63,555 nt of DNA, filler included, from Octopus bimaculoides (GCF_001194135.2; 9 parts of 9 records of this genome joined end to end with filler, not necessarily neighbours in it), one strand, 5' to 3'. Numbered from the whole stretch's first letter, positions 25,060-37,048 are shown. Program-made: numbers and translations. The notes: generated from the letters alone by a model not told the origin.

Positions 25060-25939
25060 TAGGGGGGCGAGGACACGGTCTAGAAAAATTATTATTTATA
25101 TTATATGATCGAACGCCACGCATCCTTTTCCAAGTAAGTTTTATCTTAATTACGATGCACACTCTTCTCTGTCTATCTCTCTCCCTCTCTTGTTCTTCAT
25201 CCTTTCTGTTTTTCTCTCCCACCCTTTCCCTATTCTTCTCTCAATTTTACCGTTCCCTCTCTCTCTCGCACTCTTCGTCCTTGACTCTCACGTCCCTGAC
25301 ACGTGACAAAAGGGTATCTCACTTTCTGTCCACTTCTTTGCTAAAGAAAAGACATGCCTTTCCTTGTCTCCTCATGGCTCATCTACCTAGCATTCATAAT
25401 AATTTTTCTATCATCTTGGCTCAACAGCCCTCACCGTTTGTTTTTACTGTCTTGTTCTCACTGTCCTGTTCTTGTTAACACTTTCACCCTCTGCAAAAAA
25501 TCCCAAATTTTATTTAATTTGCTTTGCAGGAAGGACTGTTTCAACGAAGTCACGTATTGTCCTTGCCTTCGAAACGTGGAGTAGATGAAACAGGGACAAC
25601 TGACGATGGGGTATTCTCTTTATGTTGCATGTCTCGTTCTCTGTTTGCTTTTTTTGTTGTTCGAAAAAAGTTTGTTTTCTATGCTTTCGTTTATCATAGT
25701 GTTTAACGTTTTTTTGATGTCTTGTACCCATATATGCATGTATGTATACATATAGATGTAGGTATGGATATATGCATATATTTATATATTATTTATATTA
25801 TTATATATACATATATATATGTGTGTGTGTATGTATGCATGCATGTATATGTGTGATGTATATGTGAGATAATGGTTTCAGTTTAATAGTATCAATATTA
25901 ATAGTGAGACTATTAAACTCACATTACAATAGAGAGATG

Positions 25940-26157
25940 TTATTCTTTCACTTTTGACTCGTAATACTGAAATAGTGTAAGAGATAAGAGATTGCTCCAG
26001 GCTTGCATTAGGCAAGAAGTTGAAAATTGTTTTGGCCGATGACACTGATTGAGCCCTGAGTAAGGCATATGTAAAATTTGAATGAAATCAGTTGTGTAGT
26101 TCTTGAGTTTTAGGGATTCGCACAGACAGACAGACACACATTCTCATCTTTATATAT
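25940..26157 (-). mobile_element. 5' end of a non-autonomous Helitron-type unit
   Basis: The minus strand starts TATATATAAAGATGAGAATGTGTGTCTGTCTGTCTG, the layout of small Helitron 5' ends followed by a GTCT microsatellite. Confidence 0.5.
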
Positions 26158-26158
26158 A

Positions 26159-27130
26159 CTAGCAAGCATACCCAGCATTTCCTAGGGCTGTTTGTTAAGT
26201 ATGCATGGTCAGTGTAGTCTCCCAAGAAGTAGAGCTGAGGAAACTGAGGCAAGGCAGCATCATGCGGCTGCAGGGAACCAATTCTATGTTAAATCTGACC
26301 TTGCACTTTAGAGGAAGGCATGAAATGCTCATCTTGTATGATGTTGGCATCAAAGTCAGTCATCCAGAAAATGCAGTTGTAGGCACATATCCACTTGAGA
26401 AAGTCATGAGAATAAGGAGATGCCCTTGTCAAAAGATCAGTCAAAAGGGGTGGAGGATCTTGTAGAAGAAGTACGGTAATCTTACTGTTGGAACAGCACA
26501 TGCTGGGAATTTCTCCAGGCCACTTTTTAGCTCCACAAAATTGACAGATTGTGGACATGCAGCCTATTTGAATGCCAGGGTGATTACTGTAGTCAATTGT
26601 AGGATCATAGTTGAATGCTGTCATTGAACATTGCGAGGAGCATGGCCTTGAGTAGGAACATTGTGAAGCCCTTCGTTGAGTTGTAGCTTCCAGTCAGTCA
26701 TTGTTGTCTTTCCTCTGTAGTCTCCATAGCATGCACAGCAGCAGTTGCTGCAGCATCTCTTTTAAGTTGATCTGTGTGTTGTGCTGCAGTTTATGCAGCT
26801 AGTGCAGCAGCAGTTGAGGAAGCATCTCTTGTAAGTCGATCTGCACGTTGTGCTGCAGTCTCTGAAGCTCAAGCAGCAGCAGTGGAAGAAGCATTTCTTG
26901 TTCAGCATGCTGAACATTGCTTGTTACTCTAGGCAGCTTGTTGTACAGCAATATGTGCTAACTGATCACAAAGCTGCTCTTCACTTTCTCTTCTTCATGT
27001 TGAAGCCATCCTAAGTGCATTGAGAGAGTTCCTCCTGACAGTGTCCTTGGCAGATTCATTTGCACGCATATGTTTACTTTTCTTTGCAGCATTTGTTTGC
27101 CAACCTATATTGGATCTTTTGCATTGAGAT
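26159..27130 (-). mobile_element. Internally deleted Helitron (N-terminal Rep-helicase region joined to a CTAG 3' end)
   Basis: AFNYDP...IGCMSTICQFCGAKKWPGE...CCSNSKI...PP...FL..I..YN..F.MT...FMPSSKVQGQI.HRIGSL is the Helitron N-terminal signature. About 69-bp repeats lie upstream. The minus strand ends with an imperfect hairpin plus CTAG|T at 26159. Confidence 0.85.
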
Positions 27131-27920
27131 ATGGTGGAAAATTATCAGTTTACGCAATAGAAATAGTCCTAAGGAGAAAGCAGTGAATGTGTAGCACTCA
27201 AAAGGATAGTAAATATAGTTGGCAAAAATGTTAATCAAACAAACCGAATTAAGGATTTTTAATTTTGGGTAAGAGTTTTGAAGTGGCTAGTTTAAGTTGG
27301 AATAATTATATGAAAAAGTGCGCTCATGTGAAAACAGAGGCAAATTGTAACTCACAAATGAATACTGCTGGCAGTACTGATTTCTTTATTGCCCACAAGG
27401 GGCCAACATAGAGGGGACAAACACAAATGTGGGGACAAACACAAATGTGGGGACAATTAACAAATGAAAAATAAATGAAAATGGGTTATTACAATGAAGG
27501 TAAGATGGGTACCCCGGCCCTTCTCCAGCATGGTTACGTGATTTCAATTATTTCAAACAATCTTATAAATGTTTCAGTTCTCTGAAAAATGAAATCTCAA
27601 CAAATTTTTACTCACCACTTAATATCTTTTTTAATGTCATCATAATCTACCACTGGGTTGCGGGGTTCAATACTCACCTCAGACCACAGTGGATTCACAT
27701 CTGATGGAAATGCTTCCTTCAAAGTTCTATATTTTTCTTCATTTATTAAGATACATTTTGTCTTTATCATATCCTTCTGAAAGTTTCGCTCTAATCTTTT
27801 TCATTTTCATTATTTTCCTCTCCACTTTTTGGTTAGTACAATATGTCACTAAATAGATTTTGTTTCTGTGTACGTCTTGTGTGTTTGTGTGTTTTTGTGT
27901 CTGAGCCCTTATGTTTCTGT

Positions 27921-28306
27921 GGAGGCGCAATGGCCCAGTGGTTAGGGCAGCGGACTCGCGGTCATAGGATCGCCGTTTCGATTCCCAGACCGGGCGTTGT
28001 GAGTGTTTATTGAGCGAAAACACCTAAAGTTCCACGAGGCTCCGGCAGGGGATGGTGGCGAACCCTGCTGTACTCTTTCACCACAACTTTCTCTCACTCT
28101 TACTTCCTCTTTCTGTTGTGCCTGTAATTCAAAGGGTCAGTCTTGTCACACTGTGTCACGCTGAATATCCCCAAGAAATACGTTAAGGGTACACGTGTCT
28201 GTGGAATACTCAGCCACTTGCATGTTAATTTCACGAGCAGGCTGTTCCGTTGATCGGATCAACTGGACGTCGTAAGCGATGAAGTGCCAACAACAACAAC
28301 AACAAC
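27921..28306 (+). mobile_element. tRNA-derived SINE family C, full length
   Basis: A box TGGCCCAGTGG (27931), B box GTTTCGATTCC (27975), (CAA)n tail. Confidence 0.9.
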
Positions 28307-28511
28307 CTTATGTTTCTATAACTCTGTGATATCGTGTGTCTGTACGTCTATATTCTTATGTGTCTGCGTGTGTGTTTATGTGTCTGTGCCTCTGGATGTT
28401 TATGTGTCTGTAAGTCTGTGTGTTTACTTGGTGTTTCTGTTCTACTTGTGGTATTTTTCTTTGTGATCCTCAGGGTGTATTGCTTCTGCTTGTTGTTGAT
28501 GGGTCTGTTTC

Positions 28512-28824
28512 TGTAGTGTATGCGTGCGAGTAGAAGTAATCAGCTTACCTTGTTTTCCTTCCCTTGCATGAATCTGTCCTGCAGTATGCGATCCTCGTGG
28601 CTGGCCCGACCCAAAGAACGCTAGAAATAGCAGCTGCTTCTCTCAACACCTAGACGATCACTTGGCACGTCCTCTCATCAAAACAACCCTGCTCGAAAAG
28701 GGCACGAAATCCCAATCGAGGCTCCCTCTGCCCCTCTTCCCCTTCCAGTCAGCGGTCAGCTCCCCAGTTGCTGACGTCATACCACACGCCACCCTTTACT
28801 TAAAGATCACGTCCGCCCCTACTC
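28512..28824 (-). mobile_element. Candidate 3' LTR of retrotransposon copy 2 (runs into gap)
   Basis: Position downstream of the integrase, with patchy similarity to 11683-11970 (GCAGYTGCT..CTC.AAC; GGTCAG...TGACGTCAT). Confidence 0.45.
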
Positions 28825-29547
28825 NNNNNNNNNNNNNNNNNNNNNNNNNNNNNNNNNNNNNNNNNNNNNNNNNNNNNNNNNNNNNNNNNNNNNNNNNNNN
28901 NNNNNNNNNNNNNNNNNNNNNNNNNNNNNNNNNNNNNNNNNNNNNNNNNNNNNNNNNNNNNNNNNNNNNNNNNNNNNNNNNNNNNNNNNNNNNNNNNNNN
29001 NNNNNNNNNNNNNNNNNNNNNNNNNNNNNNNNNNNNNNNNNNNNNNNNNNNNNNNNNNNNNNNNNNNNNNNNNNNNNNNNNNNNNNNNNNNNNNNNNNNN
29101 NNNNNNNNNNNNNNNNNNNNNNNNNNNNNNNNNNNNNNNNNNNNNNNNNNNNNNNNNNNNNNNNNNNNNNNNNNNNNNNNNNNNNNNNNNNNNNNNNNNN
29201 NNNNNNNNNNNNNNNNNNNNNNNNNNNNNNNNNNNNNNNNNNNNNNNNNNNNNNNNNNNNNNNNNNNNNNNNNNNNNNNNNNNNNNNNNNNNNNNNNNNN
29301 NNNNNNNNNNNNNNNNNNNNNNNNNNNNNNNNNNNNNNNNNNNNNNNNNNNNNNNNNNNNNNNNNNNNNNNNNNNNNNNNNNNNNNNNNNNNNNNNNNNN
29401 NNNNNNNNNNNNNNNNNNNNNNNNNNNNNNNNNNNNNNNNNNNNNNNNNNNNNNNNNNNNNNNNNNNNNNNNNNNNNNNNNNNNNNNNNNNNNNNNNNNN
29501 NNNNNNNNNNNNNNNNNNNNNNNNNNNNNNNNNNNNNNNNNNNNNAG

Positions 29548-31593
29548 CAGTTCTTCCACGGGACCCCTCTCCAAGAATATCCCGTTCAAAATCCGGGCAA
29601 TCTCATCAGCAATGCCTGTCTTCAACTCCCTCCAAATGGCCAGTCGGTCCGTCCCGCAGTTGACCATGGCGCGATACATTCCCTGAAGGTAGTGCGTCAC
29701 ATCCACAGCTAGTCACCTCCAGTTGTGCCCTACCAAGAGGTTCCCTTGCTCATGCCCACCCGGAACGGGGTCAATGGACTGGCATCTGTCACAGTTCCCG
29801 ACCACTTTCTTGATGCTTCTCTTAGTGACGTCAGCATCAATCATCTTCGCTAGATACAGGGTCCTATCCACCCCCAAGTGGTGCATAGCATGTAGCTTCT
29901 TCAGTTCAAAGTCACCCAGCCGACACGCTGCCACTATCCCTTTCCTTGCTTCCTCTGGTTCCTCCAGCCACACCCTCTTCACCCTGGTCAGTGCGTCCGC
30001 CCTGTTTCTCTCCGAAGGCATGAAAACCACATTCAGCTTCAGTCCGAACTTGGTGACCAGCTCTCCTAGAACTCCTAGGCGGCGTTTTACCAACATCTCT
30101 GCAGCACCTTTTGTCCAGACTCTCTTCTCACTGGTAATCACTGTTCCTACCCAGCCAACAACGGTGGCCGAATCCTTCCGGATCTCGATCGAGCGCAGCC
30201 TCCATCTCAGGGCCAAGTTCACCCCTTTCAGCACCGCGTCTAGTTCAGCAACATTGATGTGGTTGAAGTCGTCTGCTTTCCAGAGCCAGGCCACATCCTC
30301 CACCTCAGCACCTTCAATCTCCAACACAACCCCTATCACTATACTGCTAGCATCACACCAAACCGTCCTGCATTCCATCTTGGGCACATACCAGTTTCCC
30401 CTAACTGAGTCTTCGGCTCTCGTCCTCTCTAGGATTTCCCACATCATCGCCATCGCCTCTCCCACCTTGTCACCCCAAATCTCCCCCTCTACTCGTCTCT
30501 TACTGTAACTGCATGCTGTGTGCAGCCATCCAGCTATCGGGTAGTGTCCAACCAACTTCCCACAAACCGAGAACAACTCTCTCCCGCTGATGCTGGAACT
30601 CAGCTCTGGGATCTTGTTTCCTCTTCAGAACACTAGCTCACCTGATCTGTCTCTTCGTAGTTTCAGCCCAGGCACAGCTCCTGCCACCATCGACTCTGGT
30701 GGCTTTGCAATCAGCCGGAATCTCTCCAGGTGTCTCACCACCTCAGTGGCTGGCACTACAGTCTTGTCAACCAAAATGTCGTCAATGTAGAAACTGGTGG
30801 CCTTCCTTATCTTCTCCTCTTTCCCTAGGATGGACTTGAGCACCGTTGCCATGATTTTTGGAGCACAATTCAGCCCGAAACCCAGCCTGGTTAAACAGTA
30901 TGTCTGGCCCTTGTACCGCACCAGCTGATATCGCCACATCTTGTTACGCACACAGAGCTGCAAATATGCCGACTTCAAGTCAACGATCATTGCTGCCTTG
31001 GTGGACTGTCTCCACACATGTAATGTCTCACCGCAAACGTCCGTTGCCTCGCCTCCCGTGTGGCACAATATATGTTCATTCAGCTCCCTAAAGTCCAGCA
31101 CTGGTCTACTTTTCCCTTCGTCGGCTGCACCACTGCCATCAGCGGTAGCACTCCGCTCACCACCTCTTTCCACAGGACAAGGACTCCTTCCTTGATCCAT
31201 CTCTCTACCTCCTCGTCGAACTTGACCCTGGCGTGACCTTTCAGGGTATGCTGGTAGCAGCTCACCCTGTTCTTTAGTATTGGGGGCTCGTCTTTTGATC
31301 GGCATTCTATCGTCCACCTTTGACCATCGAACGCCGCCTGAAAATCTTTGTCCTCGATGGTGTAAGTGGTGCTGTCCCTCACAGGGCTCTGCTCACCCCG
31401 GCGGTCCCGACTCTCGGCGCACGATGCTCACACACTTCTGAATATGACCTCATCTCCTGCAATCCTGACACCTCCAAGACGGTTGATGGCGTCCATCCCC
31501 AACACGACATCAACCCCGTCTATCACATATTCGATCACGATCACCCGTAGCCTTAGCACCATGTCTGGCAACGCTATCTCCACACTGCACCAT
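29548..31593 (-). mobile_element. LTR retrotransposon pol, copy 2 (same lineage as copy 1)
   Basis: VVLGMDA; VDLKSAYLQL; YCLTRLGFGLNCAP; FYIDDIL; WCDASSIVIG...HINVAELDA...DSATV; LHAMHHLG...CDRC; frameshifted. Confidence 0.95.
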
Positions 31594-32290
31594 TTTAGGT
31601 GGTGAATTCCTACTCTTTCTCTTCCTTGTTTTAACCTCTATGAACTTTGTGTTCTGTTCTGTCTTGTGTCTTCATCTCCACTTCCATTTCGCCTTCTTGT
31701 GCTTCTGTTTCTGTAACTTCCTTTGTTAGTTTAGGACACCTTCTTCTAATCTGTCCCTTCTCTCCACACTCATGACAAGTCGATGGCCTCCCCTCCAACA
31801 TTACTTCAAGTTTATCCTCTTTGGGCAGCTCCACTGTTTCTGGAAATCTCCGTATTCCATCTGATTTGCTGTAAAATACATCTCCAACCCGAACCCCCAT
31901 CTATTTATTTGTTGAGTCCGGGTTATCTGTAATACTTTCACATCCTCATTTTCTCTGTTCTCTCCTACAGGGAAAACTACTGCCATTATCCACTTGGGAT
32001 CAATTCCAGGTGGAATCCTGTCTAACTTGATCCATGTAATGCATTTACCTAGGTAGGTAGGCAGGAGTGTCCATTTTTTCCCAGATAGCACCTCAGTGGA
32101 GTGTCTTCTTGCCTCCTCTTCAGAGACAAAGTAACTGCCACTGAGGCGAACCTTCTTCCTCTTCTATAGAATGTTATTCTTTCCTTCAACTTTTCCAGAC
32201 ACTCGTCCATCTCCTCCTGCATTGCATTCTCAAACCTCTTGCTTCTTTTCAAAAACGTTCTGTAAGTTATTACTCTACTTGCCATGTTTT
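31594..32290 (-). mobile_element. L1/Tx1-like LINE ORF1 relic with a degenerate CCHC knuckle
   Basis: WIKLDRIPPGIDPKWI... and VMLEGRPSTCHECGEKGQIRRRCP (C-x2-C-x4-Q-x4-C; His replaced by Gln). Confidence 0.55.
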
Positions 32291-32319
32291 CCTTGTCTTC
32301 TTCTGAGGAGGGTCAACTT

Positions 32320-32529
32320 TATGTTTGACCCCCTCCCTCTTTATCATGTTAAGATCCACAATGAGCAGAACTTACCTGCAGGTATTGGTAGTTCAAATCA
32401 GAGGTGCTATTTGTGTGGGTGTTCTTTCAGAACATTGTTTGGTTTAAAAAGCCACATCAGACGCCATGAAGGGGCTAAGGTGTAGGTACAGGAGGTGATC
32501 AAACTCTGTGTAAGGAGTAAACAACCACC
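32320..32529 (+). mobile_element. RTE-type LINE 3' end (terminal C2H2-like knuckle plus 3' UTR)
   Basis: CYLCGCSFRTLFGLKSHIRRH followed by a stop and a short UTR. Confidence 0.55.
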
Positions 32530-32664
32530 NNNNNNNNNNNNNNNNNNNNNNNNNNNNNNNNNNNNNNNNNNNNNNNNNNNNNNNNNNATACCAAAAATTT
32601 GGAAAAAATATTGTATCTGTTAACAAATGTAGCAAAATACTCACAAGTTTGTTTTGTATTTATA

Positions 32665-32784
32665 TCGATTTAAATGAGAGCTCAAAACTGATCCATTGAA
32701 AATACTTTATTATAATAATCATTTTCATTATTATTATAATAAAGTATTTTCAATGGATCAATTTTGAGCTCTCATTTAAATTGA
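32665..32784. repeat. 120-bp near-perfect palindrome (about 55-bp arms)
   Basis: TCGATTTAAATGAGAGCTCAAAACTGATCCATTGAAAATACTTTATTATAATAAT versus its reverse complement, with 2 mismatches. Confidence 0.95.
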
Positions 32785-34042
32785 TTCGTCACCATCACTG
32801 TTATTGCTACTAGAACATTAATAACTTGTATAAAATGAACTTCTACATAGAACCTTCCAATATAGATAGAAATGACACACACACACACTCAACAAAACTT
32901 CCTTTCTAAAAAACACTTACAGCTTTCTAGATACGGCTAATAGCGCTGATGCCACAAACAACGTATGTGGTGGAATGTTTGCTTATAAAAACTTGTATAT
33001 GCACACATGGGAGTAAGGGGACATTCAAGTAAGGCTGTGCACACGAACCCACACATACATATATGCATTGGAGTGTCTGTAGCTACCTATTTATAATGTT
33101 TGTAGGCTCTTTGTGTGCCTTGTATTTTTAAGGGTTTTTTGACATATATTTTTTTTATATTTTTGCATGTCCCACATGCTATAGCTTCATTTTTCATTTA
33201 TGTATTCTTTATTATTATTATTATTTNNNNNNNNNNNNNNNNNNNNNNNNNNNNNNNNNNNNNNNNNNNNNNNNNNNNNNNNNNNNNNNNNNNNNNNNNN
33301 NNNNNNNNNNNNNNNNNNNNNNNNNNNNNNNNNNNNNNNNNNNNNNNNNNNNNNNNNNNNNNNNNNNNNNNNNNNNNNNNNNNNNNNNNNNNNNNNNNNN
33401 NNNNNNNNNNNNNNNNNNNNNNNNNNNNNNNNNNNNNNNNNNNNNNNNNNNNNNNNNNNNNNNNNNNNNNNNNNNNNNNNNNNNNNNNNNNNNNNNNNNN
33501 NNNNNNNNNNNNNNNNNNNNNNNNNNNNNNNNNNNNNNNNNNNNNNNNNNNNNNNNNNNNNNNNNNNNNNNNNNNNNNNNNNNNNNNNNNNNNNNNNNNN
33601 NNNNNNNNNNNNNNNNNNNNNNNNNNNNNNNNNNNNNNNNNNNNNNNNNNNNNNNNNNNNNNNNNNNNNNNNNNNNNNNNNNNNNNNNNNNNNNNNNNNN
33701 NNNNNNNNNNNNNNNNNNNNNNNNNNNNNNNNNNNNNNNNNNNNNNNNNNNNNNNNNNNNNNNNNNNNNNNNNNNNNNNNNNNNNNNNNNNNNNNNNNNN
33801 NNNNNNNNNNNNNNNNNNNNNNNNNNNNNNNNNNNNNNNNNNNNNNNNNNNNNNNNNNNNNNNNNNNNNNNNNNNNNNNNNNNNNNNNNNNNNNNNNNNN
33901 NNNNNNNNNNNNNNNNNNNNNNNNNNNNNNNNNNNNNNNNNNNNNNNNNNNNNNNNNNNNNNNNNNNNNNNNNNNNNNNNNNNNNNNNNNNNNNNNNNNN
34001 NNNNNNNNNNNNNNNNNNNNNNNNNNNNNNNNNNNNNNNACG

Positions 34043-34083
<41 letters not shown>

Positions 34084-34112
34084 CATACACACACATATAT
34101 ATATATATACAT

Positions 34113-34147
<35 letters not shown>

Positions 34148-34699
34148 AAATGAGAAAATGGAGTGCTTTAACTGATAAAATTCAATTTATTAACATATTG
34201 TCAAAATCCTCTGTTACCTACAATTGTTTCCATACTCAACTAATTCAATTACAAATTAATAAATTAAAAATTGCATCTTGAAATAGTGAGTTAAATATTT
34301 CCTCAGGGTTGGAATTAGACACAAAAAGAATCATGTCATAAACTTTCAGGTGATTATCAACAGACTCAACATGTCAATAATGTGTGTGCATATGAATGTT
34401 AATGTTTAAAACAAAACCTTTATATATTTGTCTTTTGTTTTTATTTATTTGTGTGCGTGTGTTAAATTTATTTGCACGCGTGCACATTAATATTTTTTTT
34501 TTAAAACCGCTGCTTGTGTATCTGCTTTTGTTTCTATTTTTTGTGTGCATATGTACATTAATATGTTTGATCATGTGAGAGTGTTGGAAATTACATAACC
34601 TACTGCAGGTATGGTATTTGTATTCTACATCATCAAAATATATGTTGCAAACATTTTTATCATTACATAAAATATTGAAAGTCAAAATACGGGAAAAAT

Positions 34700-35157
34700 T
34701 ATTACTTTTGTTGTTATTCCAGATGTTGCACAGTATACAATATTGTGAGATTGTTGATTGAAGATATTGTATCTACCGGGGGTTTGTACTGTTTGTCTAG
34801 TCACAACAAGAACCTCAGACAGACAGTACTTTCCACAATATGCATGCAGTTCCGTTCCAAGTAATGCTGACTTTTGCTATACTTCTAGATTGTAGGGTAT
34901 CTCTAAGGTTTTCAGATGTTTTTTTCAGATTGGGTGGTATTGAACCCAATGCTCCAATGACAATAGGGATAACCTTTATGTTTGACTCTCATAGCTGCTA
35001 CATGTTAGCAATCTCAATTCTCAGGTTATCAATTTTTTTCTCTTTCTTTCATGATGATATGTTGATCTCCTGGCACTGTTATGTCGATTATTAGGCACTC
35101 TTGTTTGTCTCTCCTAAAGGTTACTATATCCAGCCTTTGGTGCTCTAAGACTTTGTC
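34700..35157 (-). mobile_element. 5'-truncated R4/Dong-type LINE (REL endonuclease C-terminus plus 3' UTR)
   Basis: DKVLEHQRLDIV...CLIIDITVPGD...KEREK...KVIPIVIGALGSIP...QKSALLGTACILWKVLSV*; the 5' junction is flush with (TAA)n at 35158-35196. Confidence 0.88.
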
Positions 35158-35197
<40 letters not shown>

Positions 35198-35250
35198 ATT
35201 ATTATTATCTAATTATATCTAATAATTAATTATTTCATATTTTATTCCAC

Positions 35251-35290
35251 AGGTGCAGGAGTGGCTGTGTGGTAAGTAGCTAGCTTACCA
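35251..35290 (+). mobile_element. SINE family A head only
   Basis: AGGTGCAGGAGTGGCTGTGTGGTAAGTAGCTAGCTTACCA. Confidence 0.7.
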
Positions 35291-35777
35291 CTTCCGGTTT
35301 TGCTCACTGCACTTGTGCGTCAGACTTGCTCCTTGCCGCCAACCAAGGTAGACATGAGTTTGGCTCAGTCTAAAAAAAGGNNNNNNNNNNNNNNNNNNNN
35401 NNNNNNNNNNNNNNNNNNNNNNNNTTAATTAATTAANNNNNNNNNNNNNNNNNNNNNNNNNNNNNNNNNNNNNNNNNNNNATGGTAGTGGTGGTGGTTGT
35501 GGTGGTGGTGGTGGTGGTGATCAAGTGGATCGAGGTGAAGGTGGAGATGACGGTGATGAGAATTGAACGAGAAAGCTGGCTCGTACATACATACATACAT
35601 ACATACATGCAGTACCCACCACACACGTGTGGGTGTGCTCGTGTGTATATGAGTGTGCATGCATCAGTGAGTGTGTATGTATATGTGTGTTTGTGTGCTA
35701 GTGAGTATGTATATGTATGTATATGTATGTATATATATGTATGTATCTGTATGTGTGTATATGTATGTTTGTATGTA

Positions 35778-35843
35778 TGGGAAGCCGTGATCCTACGACC
35801 GTTAGTCCACTACCTTAACCACTGGGCCATTGCACCTCCACAC
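35778..35843 (-). mobile_element. SINE family C head fragment
   Basis: Reverse complement reads GGAGGTGCAATGGCCCAGTGGTTAAGG, matching 27921. Confidence 0.75.
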
Positions 35844-36120
35844 TAGATAAATATATTGCAAGCGGGAAGATAACTCCCTGCTATTCCAGCTTTCGAGACA
35901 ACCAGACTACGCGGTTTCGACCTTATTATGGTCGTTCTTGGTGATGGATTCTCGTCTGCAAGACATAGCAATAAATTAAACCCAGCTTAGAACGCCCATG
36001 TTTTGATGGCGACAAATATTACTTCTCAGTACGGATACTGCTTTCGTCTCTTACAGAGATTTTCTTGACGAGCTGGTTTCCTTGTTGCGAAACCAGTGAC
36101 CCTGTCTCACTTATTTTCGT

Positions 36121-36352
36121 CATGCTGCAAACTGGGGATAAGATGGAAGTCCGTAGGCGCTGAATCTGGCGAGTGCGGAAGCGATATCATATAGTCTTTG
36201 GCAAGCAACTCACAAATTAGGAGATCTCGGTGAAGCATCCAATTCTTCGCGCCCCACAGATCCAGTCACTTTCGCCGAATGTCTTCCCTCAAGCGTTTCA
36301 AAACGTCGCGGTAGAACTCTCGATTGACACTCTGGTCTTGAGGAACGAATTC
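36121..36352 (-). mobile_element. Mariner transposase fragment
   Basis: EFVPQDQSVNREFYRDVLKRLREDIRRK*LDLW...LPHSP-DSAPTDFHL (YSPDLAPxD-like). Confidence 0.9.
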
Positions 36353-37048
36353 TCNNNNNNNNNNNNNNNNNNNNNNNNNNNNNNNNNNNNNNNNNNNNNN
36401 NNNNNNNNNNNNNNNNNNNNNNNNNNNNNNNNNNNNNNNNNNNNNNNNNNNNNNNNNNNNNNNNNNNNNNNNNNNNNNNNNNNNNNNNNNNNNNNNNNNN
36501 NNNNNNNNNNNNNNNNNNNNNNNNNNNNNNNNNNNNNNNNNNNNNNNNNNNNNNNNNNNNNNNNNNNNNNNNNNNNNNNNNNNNNNNNNNNNNNNNNNNN
36601 NNNNNNNNNNNNNNNNNNNNNNNNNNNNNNNNNNNNNNNNNNNNNNNNNNNNNNNNNNNNNNNNNNNNNNNNNNNNNNNNNNNNNNNNNNNNNNNNNNNN
36701 NNNNNNNNNNNNNNNNNNNNNNNNNNNNNNNNNNNNNNNNNNNNNNNNNNNNNNNNNNNNNNNNNNNNNNNNNNNNNNNNNNNNNNNNNNNNNNNNNNNN
36801 NNNNNNNNNNNNNNNNNNNNNNNNNNNNNNNNNNNNNNNNNNNNNNNNNNNNNNNNNNNNNNNNNNNNNNNNNNNNNNNNNNNNNNNNNNNNNNNNNNNN
36901 NNNNNNNNNNNNNNNNNNNNNNNNNNNNNNNNNNNNNNNNNNNNNNNNNNNNNNNNNNNNNNNNNNNNNNNNNNNNNNNNNNNNNNNNNNNNNNNNNNNN
37001 NNNNNNNNNNNNNNNNNNNGCAGTTCGGTGAGACGTATGCTTCCATAC

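Noticed and set aside
25536-25620. Possible hammerheads (GAAG/CTTC-GAAAC-GTG; CTGACGA)
   Set aside because: The first lacks a credible core and stem I; the second has no downstream GAAA box.
27921-27995. tRNA gene
   Set aside because: A and B boxes are present, but they continue into a 380-bp SINE body with a (CAA)n tail and no full cloverleaf is evident.
32171-32485. ORF ending in a C2H2-like motif as a second zinc-finger gene
   Set aside because: Single terminal knuckle followed by a LINE-like UTR; better explained as an RTE 3' end.
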